From Antedon mediterranea (Eukaryota > Animalia > Echinodermata), in contig NC_092671.1 of the NCBI RefSeq assembly GCF_964355755.1, positions 24,750,070 to 24,814,069 on the forward strand: DNA of 64,000 nt. Direction: 5' to 3'. The position numbers and the translations under genes were made by a program. Below, piece after piece: positions 1 to 11,142 of this stretch; position 1 is the first letter of the stretch; every line of letters starts with the position of its first letter. The notes below the pieces were generated by a model, which searched no databases, had not been told where the DNA came from, and saw only the letters and a list, made by a program, of their open reading frames with translations.

Positions 1-84
1 AAATCACTGTATCTGATGATTAGTTAAAATCAGGGTTAATTCTGTATTTATAGTGAATTGTACAGAAATAATGTTTAAACTTAC

Positions 85-320
85 AGTTTCTTCAAATCTA
101 GACCACTTATGTCTAGTTTTGTTTGCAAGTCTGACAGTTCATCAACTGATCCTTGAGGCAGGTTAGCAGCAATTTTTATCTTGAGTGTGGCAACACCATG
201 CTTCTGAAACTGCTGCTTAGCATCTAGCTTATGTAAGGCATGTCTACGAAGCTTTTCTATGATTGAGGCAATTGTATCTGGGTCAGTTTTCAACTCAGAC
301 GAATATTGTTCAACCAGGTT
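85..320 (-). CDS. NUB1: NUB1 (NEDD8 ultimate buster 1)-like, coding exon 2; gene continues off the left edge
   Basis: AG acceptor at 322-321 and GTAAGT donor at 84-79. Translation NLVEQYSSELKTDPDTIASIIEKLRRHALHKLDAKQQFQKHGVATLKIK...LQTKLDISGLDLKKL resembles the NUB1 N-terminus (recalled: LAKQYSDRLE...TGIATIEV...LETRLHITGRELRSK). Confidence 0.8.
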
Positions 321-849
321 CTAAGAAGAATTGAAAACAAACTGTTTGTTATTGCTACTGGATTAAGGACATTAATTAAAATCACCCTATTCATCTACAA
401 AAAGTAGGCTTAGGTATGGTATAATAATTTGACACATATTTTATATAATTGTTTAGTGTATGAAAAACCTGTATGCATGGATGAGACTATCGGCACGGTC
501 AAATGTGCATTAAGTGCATTGTTTTTCCTTTCAACAAGATTATTCTGTGCATGTTTTTTATCAGCAAATTTCTCATCATCGGTAAAAGGAATATCAGCCG
601 ATTATTTCTCCTGCCATTGGGCTTAAGGTCATTGAAGCTGGTAGAACTCTTGTACTCGATAAATATGCTGCCAAAATCATTTATGGTTACCGGAATGATC
701 AGAAATGAAGTAATTAAATTATAAAATGGTAAGTTACATGCACATTGGCCATACCATTGGCGAAGTCGATTGAGCTGATAGTTACTTCCCATGTACATAT
801 TCCCACATACAGTAACTGCTAACATGAGATCAGACACTTTTTATTTATT

Positions 850-1526
850 TACCTCCGCCAAGGAGGTATATGTAATCGGTAGCGTGTGTTTGTTTGTTTG
901 TTTGTTAGCAGGATTACTCAAAAAGTAATTACAAGATCTTTACCAAAATGAATAGACAGATAGATATGTGGTCAAGGACCATTCCATTAAATTTTGGGAC
1001 CATTTGGGACCACAGTCCCAATTCTGGACCACTTTTTAGTATACTTTTTTAGACCTGCTAGTGTTAAAAGATAGGACAGAATTTTTCAAAAGCCGGCGAG
1101 CAGTCTTAAAGTAACAAGTAAACTGAAATTGCATTTTCTCGAGAACTACTTGTCCAAAAAACTTCATTTTTGAACAAGAGGCAAGAGTTATAAGTTGTGA
1201 TTTGTAATTTTAAAACATAATTTGATTTAATGTGCACGTTTTTTGATGCGAGTAGTTTAAAAAACCTATTTCTTTTCAAATTCACTCGTTTGATTTTCGC
1301 GTTGCTGTTCTATTGTTAGTCAACTGAAGCTAATGTTAATTGAAAGGCTTGTTACATAACCATTACACCAAACTCGCATACACATGCTTGTAATGAAATT
1401 AGCCTATATCACAAACAGCATTAAGACACACACAAATATATATATATTTTTTTTTAACCGGAGAAATCTTATGTAGGAGAATTTTACAGTAGGCGGAGGT
1501 ATGCACTCTTGGAGTGGCTTTCTAGT
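850..1526 (+). mobile_element. Non-autonomous Helentron-associated element (HINE/DINE-1-like)
   Basis: Sub-terminal inverted repeat TACCTCCGCC (850-859) / GGCGGAGGTA (1492-1501), (TTTG)n microsatellite near the 5' end, 3' hairpin CACTC-TTG-GAGTG, ends CTAG|TT in T-rich flanks. Confidence 0.7.
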
Positions 1527-1945
1527 TTTATTCTATTTTATGTCTTAAACACATGGCCAAGGATTACCATTGATAGTAATCACTGTTCTATCAGATAGGT
1601 GGTAATCACTGTTCTATCAGATAGGTGGTAATCCCCTGACACAGGGGCTGTTTTGTGAACCAGATAAGCAGGGTAACTCATCTCAAATGATGAACTGGGC
1701 ACTGTACTGTGTGCACTGGACTGGAGCAAGTCGGCCTTGAGCCAATATTGTTCGCTCTTTAGGTTCGGTAAATGGGCTGTATAAAAACTCAAATCTCAGA
1801 TCTGAGTTTTCTAGATCTAGAATGGAACTAGAAAACTCAGATCATCAAATGATTGGTTGGCTAGGCCTAAATGCTAAATTTTAAAAGGTAATGTGTACTG
1901 TATTTTCTTTATGATTTAAATCGTAGGCGCTGCAACTTACAATAT

Positions 1946-2079
1946 TGTAGTATCCACACAATTTAAATAAGAGCAAGAAAACACAGTCTTATGAATCAAC
2001 ACTTTATTGTCTACTCTCTTTCTCAACCTCGTGTTTCAACCACCTGCCCTCAACGCCCACTCTAGTTCCCGTTACCACA
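1946..2079 (-). repeat. 3' LTR of the Gypsy element
   Basis: 134 bp, identical to 6137-6270, adjacent to the PPT. Confidence 0.95.
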
Positions 2080-5000
2080 ATCTCCCCCTTGTAACAAATT
2101 ACATTCTTCAACGTACCTACTAGGATTCCTTACTACTCTACCTGACCTAGTTCTATACGGAACTTGGTCTACATCTCTTTGTATGAATCTATCTACATTT
2201 ACATGTTCTGGTTGTTCATTTTCAAAATCATCTATCAATACCTTATTCAATGGCGTCGCCCATTTCTTACAATCAGGGCTTACAATAGCCAGCCTTTCAA
2301 TATTATATGTTTTTCTATTACTCAACACAAAAGTCGCATTTCCCACCTTCTTAACTACTCGAAATGGCCCCATAAATGAACTACTACCCTTATGTACATA
2401 TCCAGTTTTCTTTACCTTTACATGCATTCCTTCCTGTACAACAGGTAATTTTACACTGTTATGATTATCAAAATATTTCTTTTGTTTCTCTTGTTTAACC
2501 CTTACTAGTTCTTTAAGTTTAGTTTTATCAACCACCACATCTGATGGCGGTGTCAATCCTTTTATATCTAACTGGTTTCTTAATTTTCGTCCATGTAACA
2601 GCAGTGCTGGTTCCACCTCTGTTGTTGAGTGTGGAGTGTTTCTATATACAAATAAAAATGACTGTACATATTGTTTAACTTCTTTCCCTTCTAATGATGC
2701 AGTTTGTATTGTTTGTTTTAACACTTTGTTAAATCTTTCTACTGCCCCATTACTCTGTGGGTGATAAATAGCAGAATGCAAATGCCTAATATCCCTTTGT
2801 TTCAGAAATTGTTTCATTTCGTAACTGACAAACTGAACTCCATGATCAGTTATCAATTCTAATGGGTAGCCCTCCCGAGCAAATACCCTCGACAGAAAAT
2901 CTATTACGACTTGTGTGGTAACTTTTGGTACAAAACATACCTCTGGCCACTTAGAATGGTAATCAATTAAAGTAATGGCAAATCTGCACTGGCTTGGTAG
3001 TAAGTCGCAGGGACCCACTATATCTAGTCCCAACTTTTCCCAGGGCATTGATGGGTATTCTATGGGTGTCATTGGAGCTTTTGAAATCTTTATCGTTTTA
3101 TCATGTTCTATACACACAATGCAATGTTTAATTATATTTTCTACCTGGGTATCCATTCTTGGCCACCAATACAATTGCCTTAATCTTTTCTTAGTTCTCA
3201 TTATCCCTTGGTGAGCCTCATGTGCCTTGTAAATTAAATGAACTGTTAGGGAGTCTGGTACCACCACCCTATCACCTCTGTAAACTCTATTTTCTAATAC
3301 TATTAATTCCTCCCGTACTTTATAATATGGCAGTATGTTGCTATCCAACATATCTTTCCTTTCTGGCCAACCAGACTCTATGTATTTAATCACTTTCTGT
3401 TGGGTTTCATCTTTATCTACCTCAGCCTTAAATTGTCCTAGGGTTATACAACACTCTTCTTCTATCTCTACTAAACATACCGCAGCAATGTCATTGTTCT
3501 GTTCCGAGGACCCCCCTTCATATTCCAATGGCAGACGAGATAATCCATCTGCCACAACATTATCAGAGCCTGGTTTGTATTCAACGGTGTAGTTATAATT
3601 TAGCAGCCTTGCACCCCATCTAGCTATACGCATAGGTCTGTGGCCATTCCCACTGGATGCTAACAGTGTTGTCAGTGCTTTGTGATCGGTTCGTAGTATA
3701 AAATGTCTACCCCATAGGTACGTATGAAATTTCTCAATTGAGTACACACATGCCAAGGCTTCACGTTCGCCTGTGGAATATTTTCTTTCTGCACATGTTA
3801 ACTTTCTTGATGTGAAAGCTATGGTTACTTCCTTCCCTTCGATTAGCTGGGTGAGAACCGCCCCTATTCCATACCCCGACCCATCTGTCGTCACAATTAC
3901 TTCCCTTTCTGGGTCAAACAAGGCAAGGGCTGGACATGTCACAATGCTCTGCTTAATCAATGCAAATGCCCCACTGGCCCTTTCACTCCAGTCAAATTCC
4001 TCCCCTAATTGAATATCCCTTAGTGGCTGTACAAGGGTTGCATAATTCTTGATAAATTTGGAATAGTATCCGGCTAAGCCCAGAAAGGATTTCACCTGCT
4101 CTTTATTTTCTGGAACCGGAGCGCATTTTATTGCTTTAACTAATTCTGGGTTTGGGTGAAGCCCCTCTGAATCTAATACATGGCCCAAAATTTTAACGCT
4201 AGTCACTCCAAACTCACACTTGTCATTGAGGCGCATTCCATACTCTTGAAGCCTATTGAGTACTGCCCTTAGAGCTGTATCATGGTCTGATTTAGTCCTG
4301 CCAAAAACAAAAATATCATCAATAAAGTACCCAATATTGGGAATTCCTTGCAGTATTATTGACATTAATTTTTGAAATGCGGTAGGAGCAGAAGCCAACC
4401 CAAAGCACACCTTTTTAAATCTGTACAAACCCTTGTGGGATACAAACGTTGTAAGGTCCCTACTATTTTCATGTAAATTTAACTGGTGATATGCAGACTT
4501 CAAATCTAATTTGCTAAACAATTTAGCACCTGACATGGTATCTAATAATTCATCAATTTTTGGTAAAGGGTGTTTTTCAATTACTATGGATTCATTTACT
4601 TTTCTCAAATCCACACAAAGTCGTATTCCACCATTTTTCTTCCAAACAACTACTAATGGAGACACCCAATCGGTTGCCCCCTTAACCCTTTCAATAACTC
4701 CTTCCTTCTCCAACCTATTCAACTCATTAGTAACTTTGTCCCGAACTGCCAGAGGCAGTCTTCTCAGTGCTTGCTGCACAGGTGGCACTTGGGAATTAAC
4801 CTTAACTGTATGCTCAAAACCTTTAATGTGTCCCAGATCAGAACCAAATAGATGGGGAAACTTATTTTTTACCCAACCCATATTGGTATCCTCACCCTCA
4901 CAGTTCTCAACTTTCATTGTCAAACATGACATAGTTGACCCATCAATTGTTAACGCTAGCCTTTGAATTAAATCTTTTCCCAAAATAGAACACCCTTGGT

Positions 5001-6123
5001 CTACTACTAAAAACTTTGCTGTAGCCATTTTTGACTTGTACTTAACCAATGCATTAAATTCCCCAACAATTTTAATTGTTTGTCTAGTATAAGTTAACAA
5101 ATTAACTCCACTTGGGTACAGTGCTTCCTGCACAAAATGTCTTTGAAACAGTTTCATACTTAATAGGGATACATCTGACGCTGTATCAACAACAAAAGGT
5201 AGGTTCACATTATTCACACGAATAGTCACTGAAACATTTGTCTTCCTCATGCACTCACCATTAGCTTCTCCATCGAAACACTGCATAACATTTGCATTAC
5301 CAACTTCCCGACACATGCGCTGAAAGTGGCCTACTCTTGAACACTGACGGCATACTCGACTCCTTGCTGGACATTCATCAGAATTTGCCAGGTGGCGTTG
5401 TGACCCGCATCGAAAACATCGTCTTTTTCCTTCCCCATTAGGACCATTGTTACGGTAGCTCCTTTTGTTCACATGTGTTTGTGCACACACTGGCATTGGT
5501 ACTGCATTGAGTTCATCAGGAATCTTTACCGCTATCCCCTCTATCGCTTTCCGTTCCTTCTCAGCTGCTTCGACCCTCTCTGCAATCTGAATAGCTTTGG
5601 TCAAGGTCAAGTCTTTCTCCATTAATAATCTTTCACGTACTCTTGTAGAGTTTGTTTTTTCTACAATCTGATCACGGATCATGTCGTCATGCAACCCAGC
5701 AAACTGGCACGTACTTGCTAAGTGTTTAAGAGCTAAAACAAACGTTTGAACGTTCTCACCTGGTTCATGAGATCGGCTACGAAACTTGTACCTCTCCGCT
5801 ACCACGTTAATTTTAGGTTCAAAATAGTCACCAAGTAATTGTAATGCTCTTGTAAATTCATCATTATCATCATCTGCTGCCTGCTGTGCACCTGGTATGG
5901 CAGCCGAAGTAGCCCTACTGTTCAAAACAGTGTAATAAATCCGTTGAGCTTCAGTACCTAACGACGCTATCAGGATAGCTTTGCGGCGGCCCGCCGACGC
6001 TCCCTCCAAGTCAGCAGCCGACAAGTAATTTTGAAATATTATTTTCCATGTTTTCCACTGAACAACGGGCGTGCCTGGAGATTCCAGAAATGGGTGTGGT
6101 TTACTCACTATGTTATAGTTCAT
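2062..6123 (-). CDS. Gag-Pol polyprotein (gag with 2 CCHC knuckles, aspartic protease, RT, RNase H, integrase)
   Basis: CFRCGSQRH..C and CRQCSRVGH..C knuckles; protease VDTASDVS; RT LDLKSAYHQ / FGLASAP / FIDD; RNase H TTDGSGYGIGAVL; integrase HEAHQG..CIVC, DIVGP, ITDHG, AVERFN. PR-RT-RH-IN order is Gypsy-type. First ATG at 6123. Confidence 0.96.
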   Translation of the reverse strand: MNYNIVSKPHPFLESPGTPVVQWKTWKIIFQNYLSAADLEGASAGRRKAILIASLGTEAQRIYYTVLNSRATSAAIPGAQQAADDDNDEFTRALQLLGDYFEPKINVVAERYKFRSRSHEPGENVQTFVLALKHLASTCQFAGLHDDMIRDQIVEKTNSTRVRERLLMEKDLTLTKAIQIAERVEAAEKERKAIEGIAVKIPDELNAVPMPVCAQTHVNKRSYRNNGPNGEGKRRCFRCGSQRHLANSDECPARSRVCRQCSRVGHFQRMCREVGNANVMQCFDGEANGECMRKTNVSVTIRVNNVNLPFVVDTASDVSLLSMKLFQRHFVQEALYPSGVNLLTYTRQTIKIVGEFNALVKYKSKMATAKFLVVDQGCSILGKDLIQRLALTIDGSTMSCLTMKVENCEGEDTNMGWVKNKFPHLFGSDLGHIKGFEHTVKVNSQVPPVQQALRRLPLAVRDKVTNELNRLEKEGVIERVKGATDWVSPLVVVWKKNGGIRLCVDLRKVNESIVIEKHPLPKIDELLDTMSGAKLFSKLDLKSAYHQLNLHENSRDLTTFVSHKGLYRFKKVCFGLASAPTAFQKLMSIILQGIPNIGYFIDDIFVFGRTKSDHDTALRAVLNRLQEYGMRLNDKCEFGVTSVKILGHVLDSEGLHPNPELVKAIKCAPVPENKEQVKSFLGLAGYYSKFIKNYATLVQPLRDIQLGEEFDWSERASGAFALIKQSIVTCPALALFDPEREVIVTTDGSGYGIGAVLTQLIEGKEVTIAFTSRKLTCAERKYSTGEREALACVYSIEKFHTYLWGRHFILRTDHKALTTLLASSGNGHRPMRIARWGARLLNYNYTVEYKPGSDNVVADGLSRLPLEYEGGSSEQNNDIAAVCLVEIEEECCITLGQFKAEVDKDETQQKVIKYIESGWPERKDMLDSNILPYYKVREELIVLENRVYRGDRVVVPDSLTVHLIYKAHEAHQGIMRTKKRLRQLYWWPRMDTQVENIIKHCIVCIEHDKTIKISKAPMTPIEYPSMPWEKLGLDIVGPCDLLPSQCRFAITLIDYHSKWPEVCFVPKVTTQVVIDFLSRVFAREGYPLELITDHGVQFVSYEMKQFLKQRDIRHLHSAIYHPQSNGAVERFNKVLKQTIQTASLEGKEVKQYVQSFLFVYRNTPHSTTEVEPALLLHGRKLRNQLDIKGLTPPSDVVVDKTKLKELVRVKQEKQKKYFDNHNSVKLPVVQEGMHVKVKKTGYVHKGSSSFMGPFRVVKKVGNATFVLSNRKTYNIERLAIVSPDCKKWATPLNKVLIDDFENEQPEHVNVDRFIQRDVDQVPYRTRSGRVVRNPSRYVEECNLLQGGDCGNGN

Positions 6124-6136
6124 CCTCGTCGCCAAT

Positions 6137-6270
6137 TGTAGTATCCACACAATTTAAATAAGAGCAAGAAAACACAGTCTTATGAATCAACACTTTATTG
6201 TCTACTCTCTTTCTCAACCTCGTGTTTCAACCACCTGCCCTCAACGCCCACTCTAGTTCCCGTTACCACA
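6137..6270 (-). repeat. 5' LTR of the Gypsy element
   Basis: 134 bp, identical to 1946-2079, adjacent to the PBS. Confidence 0.95.
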
Positions 6271-8324
6271 AATATTAGTAAGAAAACGTATTATCAGTAT
6301 TAAAAATACTAATATTTAGAAAAAAACCTACCCTCTGATTAATAATGGAATGATCCAAATAACCAACCAACCAATCATTTGATTAATATCTGAGTTTTCT
6401 AGTTCCATTCTAGATCTAGAAAACTCAGATCTGAGATTTCTTGATCTAGAAAACTCAGATATATCTGAGATCTGAGTTTTCTAGATCTGAGTTTTCTAGA
6501 AACTCCTACCGCTCAGCCATTTGACTCGTTCCATTCATTAGAGTGTTTCTTTTAAAGGCCAGGTGCGGGCAAACAATTTCTAGTGATCATACATTCCAAT
6601 AATTATCGATCTATAGTTTTCCCTATGTGTCATAATTTTTAGGATTTTATTTGTGTTACACAAGCTTGTTGAAAATAAGCACTTTCTTATCAGTGGGGGG
6701 ATAGTTCAAATTACACAGTAAAATCTCTATTCTTTTGTACACAAATTTTGTAAATAGAGAGGCATTTTAAAAAGCTATGAAAAATAAACGGTGTGGTAAA
6801 AAATGTTATCAGATGACTAAATATAGGTAATATAACTTGAATATTACATTTCTGATATTTTTATTCAACTTCAGCTTTTTATTTTCATGCTATAGCAAAA
6901 ATTATCCACTGTATATCCATAATTTTTTTTCCCTGTCTAGGGAGTCACTAGGGAGTCAAAATATTTTTTATTTCAAATTTGTTTTTGAATGTGTCATTTT
7001 ATTGTCACATAATAGTTATTTTACCTGAAAAAATGTAATTTAAAGCGAAAAATACTTAAATTGTCTGTCAGACAATGGTTTTTGAGTTATAATAAAAAGT
7101 TTCTTTTCTCTAAGTTATTTATATCCATTACAGATGATCGTGCATTTGAAACAAGTGACTGTGTTACAGCTGATTTCTATTTTCTTCTATTAACTACAAA
7201 AAAATCTAAAAGTGGTATTTCCTTATTTTGTTCAACTTCAATTGGCTGATGACCTTGATCTTGTACAGGTGAACTTTATGCATGCAACTGAATACTCTCT
7301 AGAGACAACGAAGTGATTAAGGATAGATTTTATTGTAAATACTTTAATTATCGTGAGCTTTTTTTTAGTCCCTAATATTATCAATATTCTTTAAAATATC
7401 ATTTTTGTATTATCTTTGAAAATCTATAAATAAATTGATCATGATTAACGTATTCACAATTAGTGTGATGAGTACATGCGTTAGTTTCTGGATCAAAAAT
7501 TTCGAAAGACTAACATCAAAATATTTGTATGGATTCTGTAAGTAAATGCGGTGTTATTGATTGATTGTACGATTTTTAGTTGTATTTTGTGCACACTACC
7601 ATTTCGTAGTGTCTTCCTTGGCTTTTCTGTCATGGTCTTACCTCTAGAAACACCCATCAGTAGAGGACAACATTAAAACAAAATTATACAAATTTGTTTT
7701 TGGTATTTAGATTATTTTATTTTGTTTTCAGTTTGTTTTCGGTTCTTTATGGTTGTTTTTGGTTATTTTCGGTAATTAGACTGACCATGGATTAAGGAAT
7801 AGAAGGATATGCATCAGTTTGAGATCAAAGCTTGAACCATGACTCTAACCGACAGAGCGCGGATCGCCCACAATGTTACAAAATAAACACAGTTTAATTA
7901 ACCACCTTCGCGCGCTCTTATCTATACATAGCCAGCCAACCCCTGATCAGGGATCGCAGTTTTCATTCGATTACGCCCTGTGATTGGATGTGATGTGGAT
8001 GACATACATTACGTGTACAGCCCCATTAGAGAATGTGTTAATTTTTAGCCAAAGTTTTTCAAAACTGCGGGTAACCTCCTACTGTGACATGTGTTTATAT
8101 AAGTTTAACTTTGATAGGCAGGTCGTTAAACCTTTTGATCATCGCCGACTTCTGCTAGTTTTTGCCTGACCATTCCCTTGCATACTGAAGAATGCACCTT
8201 GTCGTCCTAATCAATCAAATTTACAAGAGAGCTAATAAAATCACAGGGTATAATAGGATTCAGGTCATTAATAAGGATTTTGACCAAAAATTCTAATGGG
8301 GATGTACACCTAATGTACTGTAAC

Positions 8325-8917
8325 TGTCACGCCAAAATCGGTCCGGTCGGATCGATTTTGGTCGTAATCAAGCGCCAAAACTGGTCCGGTCAGATCGATT
8401 TTGGCGTTGAAACAGCCGCTAAAACAGGTCCGGCTAGGCCAAAACTGGTCCGGCCTTTAAAAATCGCTTATTTATTCTTTAAAATGTGTTAAGAAGCCTG
8501 CAAACAGTTCAAATTGTTAAAGTAAACTATGCTTAAAGTAAATATACTAAATATTACCGTACAAACGAAAAGAAATTATCGAAACACTAATTAAAGAAAC
8601 TCTAATCGGCTTTTGGGATATTCTACTGTTCAGTTCATTTAAAACTAATAGCGCCCCCTAGTAATTTTATATTATGTCTAAGAACCGAACGCCGATTTAT
8701 TCTTGCACATTTTTAATCTCTCCGTTTCGATAATTCTTTTTTTACGATTTACTCTAAGCATAGTTTACTTCTACCATTTGGACTTTTTTAAGGATAAATA
8801 AGCGATTTTGAAGGCCGGACCAGTTTTGGCCTAGCCGGACCTGTTTTAGCAGATGTTTCAGCGCCAAAATCGATCCGACCGGACCAGTTTTGGCCCCGGA
8901 CCAAATTTCGCGTTACA
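8325..8917. mobile_element. MITE with long TIRs and TGT...ACA ends (Ginger-like)
   Basis: TGTCACGCCAAAATCGGTCCGG / CCGGACCAAATTTCGCGTTACA termini; inverted arms of about 200 bp; flanks TAAC/TAAT (imperfect 4-bp TSD). Superfamily assignment is an inference. Confidence 0.75.
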
Positions 8918-9140
8918 TAATCACTAGCCAATCATCAGGCACTACAATTTAAATATAATCACATCGATAATTGAGGAGATTTATGAAGAAACCACTGCTT
9001 AGTCATACAGTATATTAAAAACAGGTTTGTTGTACGTGAGGCCACAGGACACGGTCAACATACATGGTCAAATGTATAATTTAATATTCTATAGATTAAC
9101 GCAATTTTCAATGACAGACGATGGCAGGCCAATATGATAA

Positions 9141-10006
9141 GGATGTGTAGAAAGCGACGACCTCAAATTGGACGACCCCAACGACCCAGGCGACCTCGAA
9201 TTGGGCGACCCATAACACGAAACCGACGACCCCTTTTGCCTAGCCTAGATGTGGTGTAACATCCCGAAGCCGAACATAGCCAAAGATCTTTCAACCATAC
9301 CTTATATAATACTCGCAAGCAATTGATTGAAAAAATACAGAAATATCGCCATTTGATACTACTGAATGTGTCGACACGAACAAACGAACAGATATGGAAC
9401 GCCAAGAGTGCATCATTTTAAAACTGCATTCGACATATTAAAAATAAATTAAAAAGAAATAAATATTATACATTACATACATGGTTAAACCATGGACGTA
9501 TAATTACATCTCGTCTTCTTATAACGAACACTATAGGCCTACCAAGCAGCGTGTTGCGAACATGTGCATGGGGAGGGCCATAAGAAAGCTTTACATTTCA
9601 CACATGCATTGTATACGGCCAAACCTTACCCGCCGCTGAAAAGGGGGACGTTTTGACCTGGTTTGCCATGTTTATGATATTTCGTGTGCTAATCATCGAG
9701 TCGAATGCAGTTTTAATGATGCACTCTTGGCGTTCCATATCTGTTCGTTTGTTCGTGTCGACACATTCAGTATCAAATGGCGATATTTCTGTATTTTTTC
9801 AATCAATTGCTTGCTTGCGATAAGGTATGGTTAAGATCTTTGGCTATGTTCGGCTTCGGGATGTTATACCACACTTAGGCCTAGGCTAGGCTAGGCTAGG
9901 GGTCGTCGGTTTCGTGTTATGAGTCGTCCAATTCTAGGTCGTCCAATTCGAGGTCGCCCGGGTCGTTGGGGTCGTCCAATTCGAGGTCGTCGCTTTCTAC
10001 ACACCC
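9141..10006. mobile_element. Mutator/MULE-like foldback MITE
   Basis: Inverted arms of about 290 bp starting GGATGTGTAGAAAGCGACGACC and ending GGTCGTCGCTTTCTACACACCC; perfect 10-bp TSD AATATGATAA (9131-9140, 10007-10016). Confidence 0.88.
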
Positions 10007-10435
10007 AATATGATAATTCAAATATAAAAATTGCATATTTTATTACTATTACCACTGCTACTCAAAATTACCAGTCGTATGAAAGTAAACTTGTCGTAGT
10101 CTGATTGTAAGCAGTATATTGTTGTTGTCAATTAAAGCATCGACGCAGACATGTCAATAGAACATTCAGACTGCCCATACGATTTCTACATGGCTATTTT
10201 TTGTTCTAAAAAATGTACCAGTTGATTCGCAGTGATCTACAGAGAGCCGCGGTTAGAGACACAGAGTTTAATAAGCGTGTTTGTTTGATTAGCAGCAGTG
10301 CTTTAGTATAGGCAAGCACGTTGGAAAATCGTTTGATGTCGCCATCGATGCATATCCTTCTTCTATTCTTTAATATATGAACTGACCAAAACGAATATAA
10401 TATATTGATAAAATGTTAATTTCTACAATACAAAC

Positions 10436-10561
10436 CTTTGGACGTTCACCCTTTTCACCATTCACAGTGTATGGGACAAGCCACAACTTTATTTTAGACT
10501 GGTTTAGCTTCACACGAACCTGATGTTCCAATTCTTCTATACTTTGTTGTTGGTTCATCAT
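10436..10561 (-). CDS. NUB1: NUB1-like, coding exon 1
   Basis: MMNQQQSIEELEHQVRVKLNQSKIKLWLVPYTVNGEKGERPK matches the NUB1 'IQLWKPPYT' motif. 126 nt, phase 0, GT donor at 10435-10434, joins exon 85-320 in frame. Confidence 0.8.
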
Positions 10562-10599
10562 TCACATTGACATTCACAACAAAACAAAATGCTGCTGGC

Positions 10600-11142
10600 C
10601 TCAAATCGTATATAGGGCCTAGCCCTAGGCCTAGCTAGTAGTAGTAGTGTTGTGGGGAATCCGTACTGTGTTTACACAAAAAACAAAAAAAAACACTAAA
10701 AATGTCGCTTTTAAAATGACCTTAAATGAAAAATTCAATTTATATACTCCTTCCTTACCTACCTGAGCAAATAAAATAAGTTTTTCTGACGTTTTCACTC
10801 AATTTCGATTATTTTTGCAACATCACTTCTTTTTTTATTTTTGATTATGACAACAAACAAGTCCTCCTGTGCTGTCCTGTCTAAAGATACTGGAAATGAT
10901 GTCGTAGAACACTAACTTTTGTAACGATAATTAGGAAACGACAGTCGGCCTAATAGAATCCGAATTTAATAACAATGTGCAATGACCCATGACGATCATA
11001 ACCCAAAACACGAGACGACAACAGCAGCTATAGGCTGGATGGCCTAGAGTCGAGCAGGAAGAACAAAATCGAGAGAACCTATTATTATAAACCATCAAAT
11101 AAAGATCAATAAAGGGAGTCGAGTTTATTGCTAAAATTGAAG
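10600..11142. promoter_or_regulatory. Putative bidirectional promoter and 5' UTR exons of NUB1 (-) and PIKfyve (+)
   Basis: Minus-strand donor CAG|GTAGGTAAG near 10763 and plus-strand donor GAAG|GTATTT at 11142/11143 point in opposite directions; head-to-head gene arrangement. No transcript evidence. Confidence 0.4.

Larger units (their letters stand above)
1946..6270 (-). mobile_element. Full-length Ty3/Gypsy LTR retrotransposon (Mag-like)
   Basis: Identical 134-bp TG...CA LTRs at 1946-2079 and 6137-6270. AATAT TSD at 1941-1945 and 6271-6275. PBS TGGCGACGAGGATG (6134-6121), PPT AAGGGGGAGAT (2090-2080). Single gag-pol ORF. Confidence 0.97.
1762..6532. mobile_element. Foldback/MITE-like element split by the Gypsy insertion
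   Basis: 1792-1860 (atctcagatctgagttttctagatctagaatggaactagaaaactcagat...gattggttgg) is the reverse complement of about 6366-6440. Outer limits are approximate. Confidence 0.6.

Noticed and set aside
499-837. 112-aa minus-strand ORF
   Set aside because: Intronic, non-ATG start, no motif, and not needed for NUB1 exon joining.
2164-4966. Plus-strand ORFs within the Gypsy element
   Set aside because: Antisense shadows of gag-pol.
9163-10104. Arg/Gly-rich ORFs (GRPIRGR repeats)
   Set aside because: Translations of MITE subterminal repeats.
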